From assembly GCF_000009045.1 (NCBI RefSeq), contig NC_000964.3, forward strand, positions 3,286,001-3,350,000: DNA of 64,000 nucleotides, written 5' to 3'. Below are positions 22,867 through 33,675 of the stretch, in pieces. The stretch is from Bacillus subtilis subsp. subtilis str. 168 (lineage in GTDB: Bacteria; Bacillota; Bacilli; Bacillales; Bacillaceae). The position numbers were made by a program, and so were the translations under genes. Each line of letters begins with the position of its first letter. The stretch's first letter is position 1. Below the pieces are notes generated by a model that did not search any database, was not told the DNA's origin, and saw only the letters and a program-made list of their open reading frames with translations.

Positions 22867-23934
22867 ATGAAAAAATTGGTCTTGATCGGCGGAGGTTACG
22901 GGAACATGCGCGTTCTTCATCGCTTATTGCCAAACCAGCTGCCTGATGATGTTTCAATCACGTTAATTGACAGAAATCCTTATCACTGCTTGAAAACAGA
23001 ATATTATGCCCTTGCCGCAGGCACAATTTCTGACCATCATATCAGAGTGTCATTCCCAGAGCACCCTCGCCTGGATGTCCAATACGGTGATATCACATCA
23101 ATTGATATTGTACAAAAACAAGTGCTGTTCCAAGATCGTGAACCGATTTCTTACGATGACGCCATAATCGGGCTCGGCTGTGAGGATAAATATCACAACG
23201 TGCCGGGAGCGCCTGAATTCACCTACAGTATTCAAACCATCGATCAGTCCCGCGAAACCTACCAAAAGCTGAATAATCTGAGCGCTAATGCCACCGTCGC
23301 CATTGTCGGAGCGGGCTTAAGCGGCGTTGAGCTTGCAAGTGAATTGAGAGAAAGCCGTGATGACCTGAACATTATTTTGTTCGACCGCGGTAATCTCATT
23401 TTATCAAGCTTTCCCGAGCGTTTAAGCAAATATGTGCAAAAATGGTTCGAAGAGCACGGTGTCCGCATTATTAACAGGGCAAATATCACAAAAGTAGAAG
23501 AAGGCGTTGTGTATAACCACGATGATCCGATTTCTGCAGACGCCATCGTGTGGACAGCCGGCATCCAGCCAAACAAAGTCGTCAGAGACTTAGATGTGGA
23601 GAAGGACGCACAAGGGCGTATTGTATTAACGCCTCATCATAATCTTCCAGGTGATGAACATCTGTACGTTGTCGGCGATTGCGCCAGTCTTCCTCATGCA
23701 CCGAGCGCCCAGCTGGCAGAGGCTCAAGCAGAGCAGATTGTCCAAATCTTGCAAAAACGCTGGAATGGAGAAGCCCTGCCTGAATCAATGCCGCAGTTTA
23801 AGCTGAAAGGCGTCCTCGGTTCACTCGGAAAAAAAGCCGGCTTCGGGCTTGTTGCTGACCGTCCGCTGATCGGCCGTGTTCCGCGTATGCTGAAATCCGG
23901 CTTGCTGTGGATGTATAAACACCATAACGGTTAA
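22867..23934 (+). CDS. yutJ: NDH-2-like FAD-dependent oxidoreductase
   Basis: GGGYGN and GAGLSG dinucleotide motifs, YVVGDCA. Confidence 0.88.
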   Translation: MKKLVLIGGGYGNMRVLHRLLPNQLPDDVSITLIDRNPYHCLKTEYYALAAGTISDHHIRVSFPEHPRLDVQYGDITSIDIVQKQVLFQDREPISYDDAIIGLGCEDKYHNVPGAPEFTYSIQTIDQSRETYQKLNNLSANATVAIVGAGLSGVELASELRESRDDLNIILFDRGNLILSSFPERLSKYVQKWFEEHGVRIINRANITKVEEGVVYNHDDPISADAIVWTAGIQPNKVVRDLDVEKDAQGRIVLTPHHNLPGDEHLYVVGDCASLPHAPSAQLAEAQAEQIVQILQKRWNGEALPESMPQFKLKGVLGSLGKKAGFGLVADRPLIGRVPRMLKSGLLWMYKHHNG

Positions 23935-23943
23935 TGATAGAGA

Positions 23944-23972
23944 AGAACCGCTGATCAAGTCAGCGGTTTTCT
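23944..23972. terminator. Bidirectional terminator yutJ/yuzD
   Basis: AACCGCTGA/TCAGCGGTT hairpin. Confidence 0.65.
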
Positions 23973-24286
23973 GTATACCCATGCTTCTCCATTTCCTCAT
24001 AAACGTCTTTTAATTTTGGATTGCCTTCACCGACAATTTTGTCTTCTACAAGCACAAGCGGATAAAAATACTCGTCATTTCTGATTTTTTCCGCAAGCTC
24101 TTTCGCATGTTCATTGTCAGGCGGCTCATGAATATCGATGTACTGCATCTCAAAAGGCTGATTTGGATATTTTCTTTTCAGCGCAGCCTCAAGCCACTCG
24201 TATGTATCCTTGGCTGTCGGCATATTTACACAGCTCGCACAAACGTTTTCTGCCCCGTACACGCTTAGCATGACTGGTTTCATCAC
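23960..24286 (-). CDS. yuzD: Thioredoxin-fold CxxC protein (108 aa, GTG start)
   Basis: CASC motif and YPLV (cis-Pro-like position). Start trimmed from the ORF track. Confidence 0.82.
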   Translation of the reverse strand: MMKPVMLSVYGAENVCASCVNMPTAKDTYEWLEAALKRKYPNQPFEMQYIDIHEPPDNEHAKELAEKIRNDEYFYPLVLVEDKIVGEGNPKLKDVYEEMEKHGYTENR

Positions 24287-24484
24287 TTGTAGACGCCCCC
24301 TTCTCCTATGTAAGTCCTTTCTTTTAAGTATACAGAGCCTAAGGGCGTTTTTATAGAAAAAAACCGTTTTTGTGTTGAAGTCTGAATGTGCTATAATAGG
24401 GAAAGCAACTTTGCAAACCAAACAATAGATTTTTATTGTTACACTGAATATAATGGTTTTATGACGACGAAAGGAGCGAATGTC

Positions 24485-24721
24485 ATGACTGAAGTTGAAA
24501 TGAAAGAACAGGTGCAGGAAGTACTGGACAAACTTCGTCCGTTTTTACTTCGTGACGGCGGTGACTGTGAGCTTGTAGACGTAGATGAAGGTATCGTTAA
24601 GCTTCGTCTTCTAGGCGCATGCGGCAGCTGCCCAAGTTCAACAATTACGTTGAAAGCCGGAATTGAGCGCGCTCTTCTTGAAGAAGTGCCGGGTGTCGTT
24701 GAAGTAGAACAAGTCTTTTAA
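24485..24721 (+). CDS. yutI: Nfu/NifU-C-type Fe-S carrier (78 aa)
   Basis: [10 protein letters not shown] and [10 protein letters not shown]; AAGGAG lies 8 nt before the ATG at 24485. Confidence 0.9.
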
Positions 24722-24727
24722 TAAAGC

Positions 24728-24762
24728 AGCCAGGCTGATATTTGATCAGCCTGGCTTTTTTA
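24728..24762. terminator. Bidirectional terminator yutI/yuxL
   Basis: AGCCAGGCTGAT/ATCAGCCTGGCT 12-bp stem with T-run. Confidence 0.8.
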
Positions 24763-26736
24763 TTAGAGATGTTGATCAAACCATGAGCTGATATAATTCA
24801 GGCGCTTGATCCGCTGTCTTGGGTGTCCGGTGCGTGATAAATTGTGCGATGCATTCGGAAAACGGACAAGCTTGGTTTCCTTGCCCATTTTTTTCAGAGC
24901 GATAAACAGCTGCTCCGCCTGCTCGATCGGGCATCGGTCATCCCGCTCGCCATGCAGTATCAAAAGCGGTGTCTCCACGTTTGCTGCGTATTTTAAAGGA
25001 GACCGGTCCCAGAGCTTTTCTGTGTCCTCAAACATGTCATGCTCAAGCTGCCAGTCTGTAAAGAAATAGCCGATATCACTGACGCCGTGAAAGCTGATCC
25101 AATTTGATATCGAGCGCTGGGTAACGGCAGCTTTAAAGCGGTTCGTCTGCCCGACGATCCAGTTGGTCATAAAACCTCCGTAGCTTCCGCCCGTGACACC
25201 GAGCCGCTTAGGATCAATATGCGGATCTCGTTTGATAGCCTCATCCACAGCCTGCATCACATCGTCATAATCCTTTCCCCCATAATCTCCTCTGACCGCA
25301 TTCACAAATTCCTGCCCGTAGCCGTGGCTTCCTCTCGGATTGATATAAACGACCGCGTATCCTTTCGCCGCCAGCACCTGAAACTCATGAAAATATGTAT
25401 GTCCGTACATCATATGCGGACCGCCGTGTATGTTAAGAATAAGTGGATATGTTGTCTCACCTTCCATTTGTGCAGGCCTCATCAGCCAGCCGTTCACCAT
25501 CACGCCGTCTTCTGTAGCATATTGAATCTCTTCAGGTATTGATATCGTATGCTCCCTGACAAACTTGTCATTCGCGCCAGTCAGCTGTTTCTCTTCCTGT
25601 CCAAGCGGGATACTGTAAAGCTCACTCGGTCTGTCCGGCTTTGTCACACTGGCAATAAAGTGCTGTTCATCAGGTGAAAGAGAAAAGCTATTGATGTACT
25701 CTTTTTCCAGACGAATCGGATACACAAGGCCTTCAATCGAAATATAATAGATGCCCGTACTGCCTTGATCTGTGCCGATGACATAAAACCCTTGGCTGTC
25801 CTTTGTCCAAATCGGGCGCTGTTCAGCACCACCGATCAATGAATCTCCAATCAGCGCATCCGCTAAATGAACGTCCAGCATCTCAGTAAGACATGTGAGG
25901 CGGCCTTGTTCGATATCATAGAGCCACGCCTTTGAGAGCGTAGCATTCTTATATTCCTTTTCATTTCCAAGCAAAGCAAGATACCTTCCGTCTGGTGAAA
26001 ATGAGCTTGATCCGAATGAGCCGCGATGAGGTGTAACCTGCTTAAGATCTCCAGACTCCAGTGACATTATGTAAACATCATGCGGCTTGCTGGCATCATC
26101 TGTTTCAGTTAAATTAGCTGAGAAAACAAGCCATTTGCCGTCAGGAGAAAAAGCAGGATCACCATGATCAGCTTTGTGACTTGTCAGCTCTTTCATCTCA
26201 CCCGACTTTACGCTGACAAGCACAAGCTGGGCATACGCACCTCTCGTCAGCCCTTTGCCGTCCCGTTTGTAGGAGAGGCCTTGCACTTCAACAGGTTCAT
26301 AGCTGTCCTGCTCTGTTTTTTCTCGGTCATCAATGCTTTCCCCCTCTCCCAAACTGACAGTGACCAGAATCGATTCACCGTCCGGGGACCATAGCGGCTT
26401 TGACACGCCATATGGGATATCAGTCAGTTTTCTTGCTTCTCCGCCTTCAGTGCTCATGATATAAAGCTGTGCCGCATCGCCTTCTCGATCAGAAATAAAG
26501 GCAAGCGTGCGCCCGTCCGGAGACCATCTTGGGTCGGTGCTTCGCTTTTCTCCATGTGTCCAAGGAACAGATCCTCCCGTTTTCGTTTCATAGATCCATA
26601 TATTTGATGTATACGAATCTTTCTCTTGATTTACTTGTGATTTTACATATGCGGCACGGGTACCGTCTGGGGCGTATTGAGGATCGGTCACAGAGACAAT
26701 CGCTGTGATGTCGTCTGCGGTTATCAGCTTTTTCAT
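24763..26736 (-). CDS. yuxL: S9 acylaminoacyl peptidase (657 aa)
   Basis: WSPDG/FSPDG beta-propeller repeats; GGSYGG Ser, DDRCP Asp, SHNL His. Confidence 0.92.
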   Translation of the reverse strand: MKKLITADDITAIVSVTDPQYAPDGTRAAYVKSQVNQEKDSYTSNIWIYETKTGGSVPWTHGEKRSTDPRWSPDGRTLAFISDREGDAAQLYIMSTEGGEARKLTDIPYGVSKPLWSPDGESILVTVSLGEGESIDDREKTEQDSYEPVEVQGLSYKRDGKGLTRGAYAQLVLVSVKSGEMKELTSHKADHGDPAFSPDGKWLVFSANLTETDDASKPHDVYIMSLESGDLKQVTPHRGSFGSSSFSPDGRYLALLGNEKEYKNATLSKAWLYDIEQGRLTCLTEMLDVHLADALIGDSLIGGAEQRPIWTKDSQGFYVIGTDQGSTGIYYISIEGLVYPIRLEKEYINSFSLSPDEQHFIASVTKPDRPSELYSIPLGQEEKQLTGANDKFVREHTISIPEEIQYATEDGVMVNGWLMRPAQMEGETTYPLILNIHGGPHMMYGHTYFHEFQVLAAKGYAVVYINPRGSHGYGQEFVNAVRGDYGGKDYDDVMQAVDEAIKRDPHIDPKRLGVTGGSYGGFMTNWIVGQTNRFKAAVTQRSISNWISFHGVSDIGYFFTDWQLEHDMFEDTEKLWDRSPLKYAANVETPLLILHGERDDRCPIEQAEQLFIALKKMGKETKLVRFPNASHNLSRTGHPRQRIKRLNYISSWFDQHL

Positions 26737-26843
26737 ATTCATCTCCTCCTTTTTACATGTATTTCGTTTTTCTAAATAAAAACTCCTTTATCTCCAGCAA
26801 AAAAAAGCGCCCTCCGCTGACGCTGAGGAACGCTTGGCATGAT

Positions 26844-27773
26844 CTATACACTTTTTACTTGATATAAAGGATTTCGCTCTATTATACTTCCCTCTTTCGG
26901 AACGGTCAAAGCGTCTACTTCACAATGAGGGAAATGAAGCGCGAGCTGTTCTTTTAGCTCTTCTCCCTTTCCTTTTTCGGTCATGACGAGAATCGTTGGG
27001 CCTGCTCCGCTGAGAGCCGTTCCATATGCGCCCTTCATCTCGGCGACGTGCTCTACTTTTGACAGCTCAGGCACAAGCATCGCCCGGTACGGCTGATGGA
27101 ACATATCCTTCTTCATGATTTTCCCGACAAGCGGCCAATCCTTGGACATGATCGCAGCAATGAGGATATTGCTGACAGCACTTGCTTTTACGGCATCGGC
27201 ATATGGAAACTCCTTCGGAAGCACGTCTCTCGCGTCTCTTGTCAGCACTTCATAAAAAGGAATGACAACGACTACGTCAATGTCAGCATTCGGGACGCGG
27301 ATCATTTGGGTCTCGTCATCCTCATGCAGGCCGATCACAAGTCCGCCGACGAGAGAAGCGCCAGCATTGTCCGGGTGTCCTTCTTCTAGACTCGCTAAAT
27401 GCAGCTTGTCCGCTTCAGACAGCTTTAAGCCGCATAATTCATCAGCCAGTTCAATGGCCGCTACAATCGCTGCGGCGCTGCTGCCAAGGCCGCGTGCAAG
27501 CGGGATGTCGCTCCACACCTTCACATGGACAGGAGGCATTTCTTTTCCGTACAAATCTGCGGTCCGTTTAGCCACTTGGTAGATCAGGTTATCTGTACCC
27601 GCCGGAATTCCGGCGACTGTTTCTGTTTCAGCCTCAAAAGACCATTTGTCGCTTTCAAAGACGGTCAGCTTCAAATATCTGCTGAGCGCCATTCCGACTG
27701 AATCAAAGCCGGGGCCTAGGTTAGCTGTGCTTCCGGGAACAGTGACAGAGAACAGCATGTCGGCTTCGTTCAT
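26844..27773 (-). CDS. thrB: Homoserine kinase
   Basis: ANLGPGFD and [15 protein letters not shown] motifs. Confidence 0.97.
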
Positions 27774-28828
27774 ACACGGGCCGCTCCTTTTACATATTCA
27801 AGGATGCTGTCTTCATCAGTCGGCAATGTGACAGGCTTGATTTCTGAAATGTCGACCGCTGTGTTCGGATCTTTCAGTCCGTTTCCTGTTAACACAGCTA
27901 CGACCTTGCTGCCTTTCGGAATTTCTCCGGATTTCACCTGTTTCAGCACTCCTGCGATAGACGCGCAAGAACCTGGTTCTGCAAACACGCCTTCTACACG
28001 GGCGATCAGCTGATATGCGTGAAGGATTTCATCATCAGTGACTTCGTCAATTTTCCCATTGGATTCCTCGGCTGCCTTTACAGCTTTGTCCCAGCTTGCC
28101 GGGTTTCCGATACGAATGGCTGTCGCTATTGTTTCCGGATTTTCAATCACTTCATTGCGCACGATTGCCGCCGCACCCTCAGCTTCAAAGCCGCGCATTT
28201 TCGGAAGGCCTGTGCCGTTTTTCTCATGATATTCCTTGAAGCCCTTCCAGTACGCAGTGATGTTTCCAGCATTTCCGACCGGGATCGCTAAAACATCAGG
28301 CGCTTCCCCCAGCTGTTCGCACACTTCGAAGGCAGCAGTTTTTTGGCCTTCAATGCGGTAAGGGTTGACTGAGTTGACAAGGGCAATCGGTGATTTCTCA
28401 CAGATGGAACGGACAATTTTAAGCGCATCGTCAAAGTTTCCGTCAATTGCGATAATCTCGGCTCCGTACATGACAGCTTGAGCGAGTTTTCCAAATGCAA
28501 TTTTTCCGTTCGGGATGATGACAATGCATTTCATGTTAGCACGGGCTGCATATGCTGCCGCAGCAGCGGAAGTGTTACCTGTTGACGCGCACATAATCGT
28601 GTCATTGCCTTCTTCTTTTGCCTTTGCCACAGCCATAACCATTCCGCGATCTTTAAATGATCCCGTAGGATTGACGCCTTCCGTTTTGACATGAAGCTCA
28701 ATTCCGAGCTGCTCAGACAGCTTCGGCAGGTGAATAAGAGGTGTGTTTCCTTCATGTAAAGTTAGCGCCGGTGTTTGATCTGTTACAGGTAAAAATTCTT
28801 TATATTGATGGATAAGTCCTTTCCACAT
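27770..28828 (-). CDS. thrC: Threonine synthase (352 aa)
   Basis: [13 protein letters not shown]-Lys motif. Stop overlaps thrB (ATGA) and start overlaps the hom stop (TAATG). Confidence 0.97.
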
Positions 28829-30129
28829 TAGCTCCAACCGTTCCCTTCTACACGATATGTGCTTTTGACTTCTTGAACGACTTCCAAATCATTTAGGTTT
28901 TGCAGGATATCACTGAAATCAGCTTCTGATGTATGATGTGTGACAATTACGATTTCAGCTAACTCATCATGGCCTTTAATTGGCAGCTGAAGGATTTTTT
29001 CAAAGCTCACGCCCCGCTCTGAGAACACAGATGTAATTTTCGAGAATGAACCAACCTCATCTTTTACATGAATTCTTAAAAACTGCTGTGCATAAATGTC
29101 AGACGGCGATTTCATGTTTTTCTCATATTGCGGTCCGACAAAGCTGTTGCCGGTTACACCTAGGCGCATATTTTTCATGACAGCGACGAGGTCAGAAACA
29201 ACGGATGTCGCTGTCGGCATGCTTCCGGCTCCCGGCCCGTAGAACATCGTCTCACCGACAGCCTCGCCGTATACATAAACAGCGTTAAACTCATTATGAA
29301 CAGCAGAAAGCGGATGATGGTCAGGAAGCAGTGTCGGCTGTACGCTGACCTCGATTTTGCTGCCGTCACGCTGAGCAATCCCGATCAGCTTCATTGTATA
29401 GCCGAGGCGTTTGCTGAAGCTGATGTCCTCGTCTGTAATTTGGGAGATCCCCTTTACTTTGACGTCTTCCAGATCCACGTTCATCGAGAAGCCGAGGCGC
29501 GCCAATATCGCCATTTTCCGTGCGGCGTCAAGCCCTTCCACGTCAGAAGTCGGATCAGCTTCGGCAAAACCGAGATCCTGCGCTTCCTTGAGCACTTCCT
29601 CGTATGGGCTTTTCTCTTTGATCATTTTGGTTAAGATAAAGTTTGTTGTGCCGTTCACAATTCCCATCATTTTTGTAATTCGATCTGATGAGAGGCCTTC
29701 CTCTAACGTGCGCAGAATCGGAATCCCGCCGGCAACACTGGCTTCAAAGTAGATATCGCATCCATTTTCCTTCGCTTCGGCAAGCAGCTCGGAGCCGTAC
29801 ACAGCCATTAAGTCCTTGTTTGCTGTGACAACATGCTTTTTCGATCTCAGCGCGTCGACCAAATATTGTTTTGTCTGTTCAACGCCGCCGATCACCTCGA
29901 TGACGACATCAACATCTGGATCATCAATGACATCATACACTTCTGTCGTGAGCACTTCCTTCGGCAAATCTACTTCTCTCTTTTTCTCTAAATCTTTTAC
30001 AAGCACTTTTTTTATCGTAACCGGACAGCCGACCTGATGCATAAGCTTATCCTGATGGTCTTGAATAATTTTAACGACACCGCTTCCGACGGTACCTAAA
30101 CCTAAAAGCCCTACACGAATCGCTTTCAA
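28828..30129 (-). CDS. hom: Homoserine dehydrogenase with C-terminal ACT domain (TTG start)
   Basis: [28 protein letters not shown]. Confidence 0.97.
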   Translation of the reverse strand: MKAIRVGLLGLGTVGSGVVKIIQDHQDKLMHQVGCPVTIKKVLVKDLEKKREVDLPKEVLTTEVYDVIDDPDVDVVIEVIGGVEQTKQYLVDALRSKKHVVTANKDLMAVYGSELLAEAKENGCDIYFEASVAGGIPILRTLEEGLSSDRITKMMGIVNGTTNFILTKMIKEKSPYEEVLKEAQDLGFAEADPTSDVEGLDAARKMAILARLGFSMNVDLEDVKVKGISQITDEDISFSKRLGYTMKLIGIAQRDGSKIEVSVQPTLLPDHHPLSAVHNEFNAVYVYGEAVGETMFYGPGAGSMPTATSVVSDLVAVMKNMRLGVTGNSFVGPQYEKNMKSPSDIYAQQFLRIHVKDEVGSFSKITSVFSERGVSFEKILQLPIKGHDELAEIVIVTHHTSEADFSDILQNLNDLEVVQEVKSTYRVEGNGWS

Positions 30130-30206
30130 AAAAACTCCACCTTTCTTTTGATTGTCCTCTTGGAAAAGACAATTGTTAACTCAACACAGACATATAAGTT
30201 ACAAAC

Positions 30207-30235
30207 ATTATATAAGCCCGCTCCTGTTTTGACAA
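30207..30235 (-). promoter_or_regulatory. SigA promoter of hom-thrC-thrB
   Basis: Minus strand TTGTCA-17 nt-TATAAT. Confidence 0.8.
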
Positions 30236-30329
30236 GACATCATTAGGCTGAATTTTGCGAATGTAAACGCTTAACGCATTGATATGACAAGATTCTTTAT
30301 TTTCTAATTATTTTTGTCAGATTTTCTCC

Positions 30330-31349
30330 TCACCTTGAGCTGCCTTTGCCGAGCCAGCTGACGCGTGGAACAAACAGCTTCTGCGCCCGCATATTCATGA
30401 ATTCCTGCGCTGTATTGAGAAATTGTTCATAACGCCCACAGTCATTAAGAATGAAGTCAAGCTGTTCTTCAAAATAATGCTTTTCTGATTCTGATGACAT
30501 GTAATAGCTTTCTACGATTTCAAAATAATGAAGCGGGAAAAGCAGACGGCTGTATAAAAGGCGTTTCGAAAATGAAGACAGCGGTGTGACTTGCTCGTAT
30601 TCCTGTAAAAAGAGAAAGCCCTGCTGATTAAAATCTTGTCTGTGATGCAAAAACGTATGCCTCATATATTCAGCCAAATCACGGGAAGCGTGGTCAAACA
30701 CCCAATCCGCCGGAATCCTGATCAATGATTCCGGTGACCATGTATGCCTTTCCATCCGCTGATGGCATATCGTTCCTGAATCAGCGGCTTGGGGCTTGTC
30801 ATCCAGCTCAGTGTCCACTAAATATTGTATCGCGTTTTCTGACAGTCCTAAATAATATGGAAATGATTCGATCATTTTTTTATCGAATGGCTCATGCGGA
30901 GGGGTCTGAACCTTTCTCTGCCAAAATGCTTCCAGCTGATCAATTCGTTTTCCCCACAGATCCTTCCACTGGCCGATTCTTCCGGCCGCCTTCACCTCAT
31001 ATGGATATCCTCGGCCTTTTCGGTGAAATTCCGCAAGCTCCGCTCCAATGGAGAACGCCCTGTTTGAATAAGGGGGGGCCGCCTTCAGCAGAGCGTACGT
31101 TTTTCCCTCATGTTCAAATGTCAGTTCACCTTCTTTTGTAAAGATAAAAACCGAAACGTATGGGTCACTTTGTTCTTGTAAATACTGACTCATGTAATAA
31201 AGCTCCGCCAGCTCTGTTTCTGAGAATTGGGAAACGGGGACAATCAGAAAGTATGAATTAGGCGTCTGAAAGCATTGATATGTGTGCTGGTACATGGAAA
31301 GCTGCCTGATGTGAATGCCGTATTTTTCTTTTATTGTACCTTTCACCAT
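30330..31349 (-). CDS. yutH: Spore-coat kinase-like protein, CotS/YutH family (339 aa)
   Basis: LAEFHRKG and ICHQR...WVFDHASRDLAEY, a degenerate APH/choline-kinase fold. Confidence 0.85.
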   Translation of the reverse strand: MVKGTIKEKYGIHIRQLSMYQHTYQCFQTPNSYFLIVPVSQFSETELAELYYMSQYLQEQSDPYVSVFIFTKEGELTFEHEGKTYALLKAAPPYSNRAFSIGAELAEFHRKGRGYPYEVKAAGRIGQWKDLWGKRIDQLEAFWQRKVQTPPHEPFDKKMIESFPYYLGLSENAIQYLVDTELDDKPQAADSGTICHQRMERHTWSPESLIRIPADWVFDHASRDLAEYMRHTFLHHRQDFNQQGFLFLQEYEQVTPLSSFSKRLLYSRLLFPLHYFEIVESYYMSSESEKHYFEEQLDFILNDCGRYEQFLNTAQEFMNMRAQKLFVPRVSWLGKGSSR

Positions 31350-31501
31350 GATCACCTGCCTGTTGAATTAGGGCTCATCACATCGTAGTCATACACAGCC
31401 GGAATTATGAATACATATTTTAATCCGAAGAAGGCGCAAGAAAAAGTCGTAAACTTCTCAAGCATTTTGTATAAACTAGTAAAAAAGATTGGGTGAAGCT
31501 G

Positions 31502-32002
31502 ATGTCAGAAAACGAACAATTCAGTCAGATGGAAGCTAAAGCAAGAGCACGGATGAAGGAGCGCGGCGTTGAGGTATCAGACATTGCCGAGCTTGTCTTT
31601 TTTCTGCAGAAAAAATATCATCCGGATTTAACCATTGATGAATGCACGCTGAACGTCAATCGTGTTCTCGCAAAACGCGAGGTGCAAAACGCGATTTTAA
31701 CGGGCATTGAATTGGATGTTCTTGCTGAGCAGAAAAAATTGTCTGAACCGCTGCAAACGATGCTGGAAATAGATGAAAGCCTATATGGAGTAGATGAAGT
31801 TCTGGCATTTTCCATTGTGAACATTTACGGATCGATCGGGTTTACGAACTACGGTTACATCGACAAAGAAAAACCCGGAATCCTTAAACGATTGAATGAT
31901 AAATCAACCGGTGAATGCCATACCTTTTTAGATGACATCGTCGGAGCGATTTCCGCCGCGGCTTCAAGCAGACTTGCTCACCGCGCGCGGCATACAGAAT
32001 AA
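31502..32002 (+). CDS. yutG: PgpA-family phosphatase (166 aa)
   Basis: YGVDE, GFTNYGYIDK, FLDDIVGAI. Confidence 0.82.
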   Translation: MSENEQFSQMEAKARARMKERGVEVSDIAELVFFLQKKYHPDLTIDECTLNVNRVLAKREVQNAILTGIELDVLAEQKKLSEPLQTMLEIDESLYGVDEVLAFSIVNIYGSIGFTNYGYIDKEKPGILKRLNDKSTGECHTFLDDIVGAISAAASSRLAHRARHTE

Positions 32003-32029
32003 GGGCACCCTTTTAGGGCGCCCTTTTTT
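32001..32029. terminator. Bidirectional terminator yutG/yutF
   Basis: AAGGGCACCC/GGGCGCCCTT hairpin with T-run. Confidence 0.65.
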
Positions 32030-32799
32030 CAAATGTATGGAATCCATTCAGTCAGAGAGTCAATGGCGTGAGTCGGTTTTTCCATATCGTCTGTCATATG
32101 TTCTCTTTTCGTTACGCCTGTGTGAACGAGCAGCGTATCCATACCCGCGTTAATGCCGGCCATAATATCAGTGGCGTAGTTGTCGCCGACCATGAGTGTT
32201 TCAGACACATCTGTGCCGAGAACGCGCATCGCCTGCTCCATAATAATTGATTCCGGCTTGCCGATAAATACAGGCTGTACACCTGTAGATACGGTTAACA
32301 CCGATGTCAGTGAGCCGTTTCCCGGCAGGAGCCCTCTTTCAGTCGGAATCGCAATATCTCCGTTAGTGGAAATAAAGCGGGCGCCATTTCTGATTGCCAG
32401 GCAGCCAACAGCAAATTTTTCGTATGTAATGGAACGGTCGATGCCAACAACGACAAAATCCGCGTTTTCTCCGCCAAATGTCAGGCCGTTTTCTTCAATC
32501 GCCTGGCGGATTCCTTCCTCCCCAATCACATACACAGACGCGTCTTTTTTCTGCTGTGCAATGTGCTGGGCAGTTGCCATGCTGGTCGTGAAGACCTGCT
32601 CTTCTGTTGCCGGAATATCAAAAGACACGAGCTTGTCCGCTACCTGCTTCGGTGTGCGCGAAGAGTTGTTTGTCACGAAAAGATAAGGAACGCCGCGATC
32701 TTTCAGCGTTCTGACAAATTCACACGCCTCCTCGATTTTTTCCGTGCCATTGTACATCGTTCCGTCTAAATCAATTAAATACCCTTTATATGTTTTCAT
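32029..32799 (-). CDS. yutF: HAD IIA (NagD-like) phosphatase / 5'-nucleotidase (256 aa)
   Basis: DLDGT, TNN, GKP, VGDNYATDI. Confidence 0.92.
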   Translation of the reverse strand: MKTYKGYLIDLDGTMYNGTEKIEEACEFVRTLKDRGVPYLFVTNNSSRTPKQVADKLVSFDIPATEEQVFTTSMATAQHIAQQKKDASVYVIGEEGIRQAIEENGLTFGGENADFVVVGIDRSITYEKFAVGCLAIRNGARFISTNGDIAIPTERGLLPGNGSLTSVLTVSTGVQPVFIGKPESIIMEQAMRVLGTDVSETLMVGDNYATDIMAGINAGMDTLLVHTGVTKREHMTDDMEKPTHAIDSLTEWIPYI

Positions 32800-32827
32800 A
32801 TCCAACACTCCTGTGGCTTTCCAGTTG

Positions 32828-33262
32828 TTATTTAAACGCGGAAACAGGTCCTAGCTCTGTTTCCAAATAGCTTCTGATCCGTTTCGGGAAGTCCTGAAGA
32901 GCTGTTTGATGCGCCTTGATCAGCCTGTAAAGCTCGCCGCTGTCAGCGAGCAGATACTGTTGAACCAACGTTTTGCGGTAGGCGATCAATTTTTTGAGCT
33001 CATCACCCTCTTTTTCCGTGACAACTTTCTCATCAACAAGTATATCCATAATGTCGTCATAGCTGCCCGGGTCCCGCATAATAAAGCCGTCAATCATGTC
33101 ATTGCCTGTATCCAAAATGCATTCGATTAACAGATGGCCTATACGCTGAAGTGCCAATTCCCCGATTTCAGACTGCCAGTCTGTTTGTGAGTCAAATAGC
33201 GCCAGCTGGTGCTCGAAGAACCCTAGTGTTTTTTCGATTTTGCTTCTGTCAACAAAATACAT
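32828..33262 (-). CDS. yutE: DUF86/HEPN-like protein with a degenerate motif
   Basis: ALQRIGHLLIECILD and RKTLVQQY (compare canonical RNxLVHxY). Confidence 0.8.
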   Translation of the reverse strand: MYFVDRSKIEKTLGFFEHQLALFDSQTDWQSEIGELALQRIGHLLIECILDTGNDMIDGFIMRDPGSYDDIMDILVDEKVVTEKEGDELKKLIAYRKTLVQQYLLADSGELYRLIKAHQTALQDFPKRIRSYLETELGPVSAFK

Positions 33263-33285
33263 GACAGCATCCCCTTTGTGTATAT

Positions 33286-33561
33286 TTATTTTCTGATCCG
33301 TTTCAAGACAAAATACGCACAGCCGAAATTGCAGTATTCGTAAATATATTCATCTAATGTGCTGATTTTCGTTTCGAAGGTTGCCTTTTGATTCTGGTCG
33401 TCAAAGAAGCCCTTGAGCCTTAACTGACCGTATCCCCAGTCTCCCACAATATAATCGTATTTATTTAATATATCGGAGTAGCGGGCTTTAAAAGCCTCTT
33501 CGTTGAAGCCGTCTTTGAAATTGTGCACCAATTCAAATTCGGCATTTTGAATAAGAATCAT
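33286..33561 (-). CDS. yutD: YutD/DUF1027 family protein (91 aa)
   Basis: YDYIVGDWGYGQLRLKGF and EYCNFGCAYF; GAGGTG RBS before ATG at 33561. Confidence 0.85.
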   Translation of the reverse strand: MILIQNAEFELVHNFKDGFNEEAFKARYSDILNKYDYIVGDWGYGQLRLKGFFDDQNQKATFETKISTLDEYIYEYCNFGCAYFVLKRIRK

Positions 33562-33675
33562 GATCTCACCTCTTTTTTCACTCATTCCTATCATAATTCA
33601 TTGCCCCGTCCCCATCAATTGCTAAAGAATAAATCATGCGATTTGGCTACCCTACACATGAGGAGGGATTGATAA

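Noticed and set aside
30251-30325. CodY-like and cre-like strings upstream of the hom promoter
   Set aside because: Five or more mismatches to the CodY consensus and two to cre; not supportable from sequence alone.
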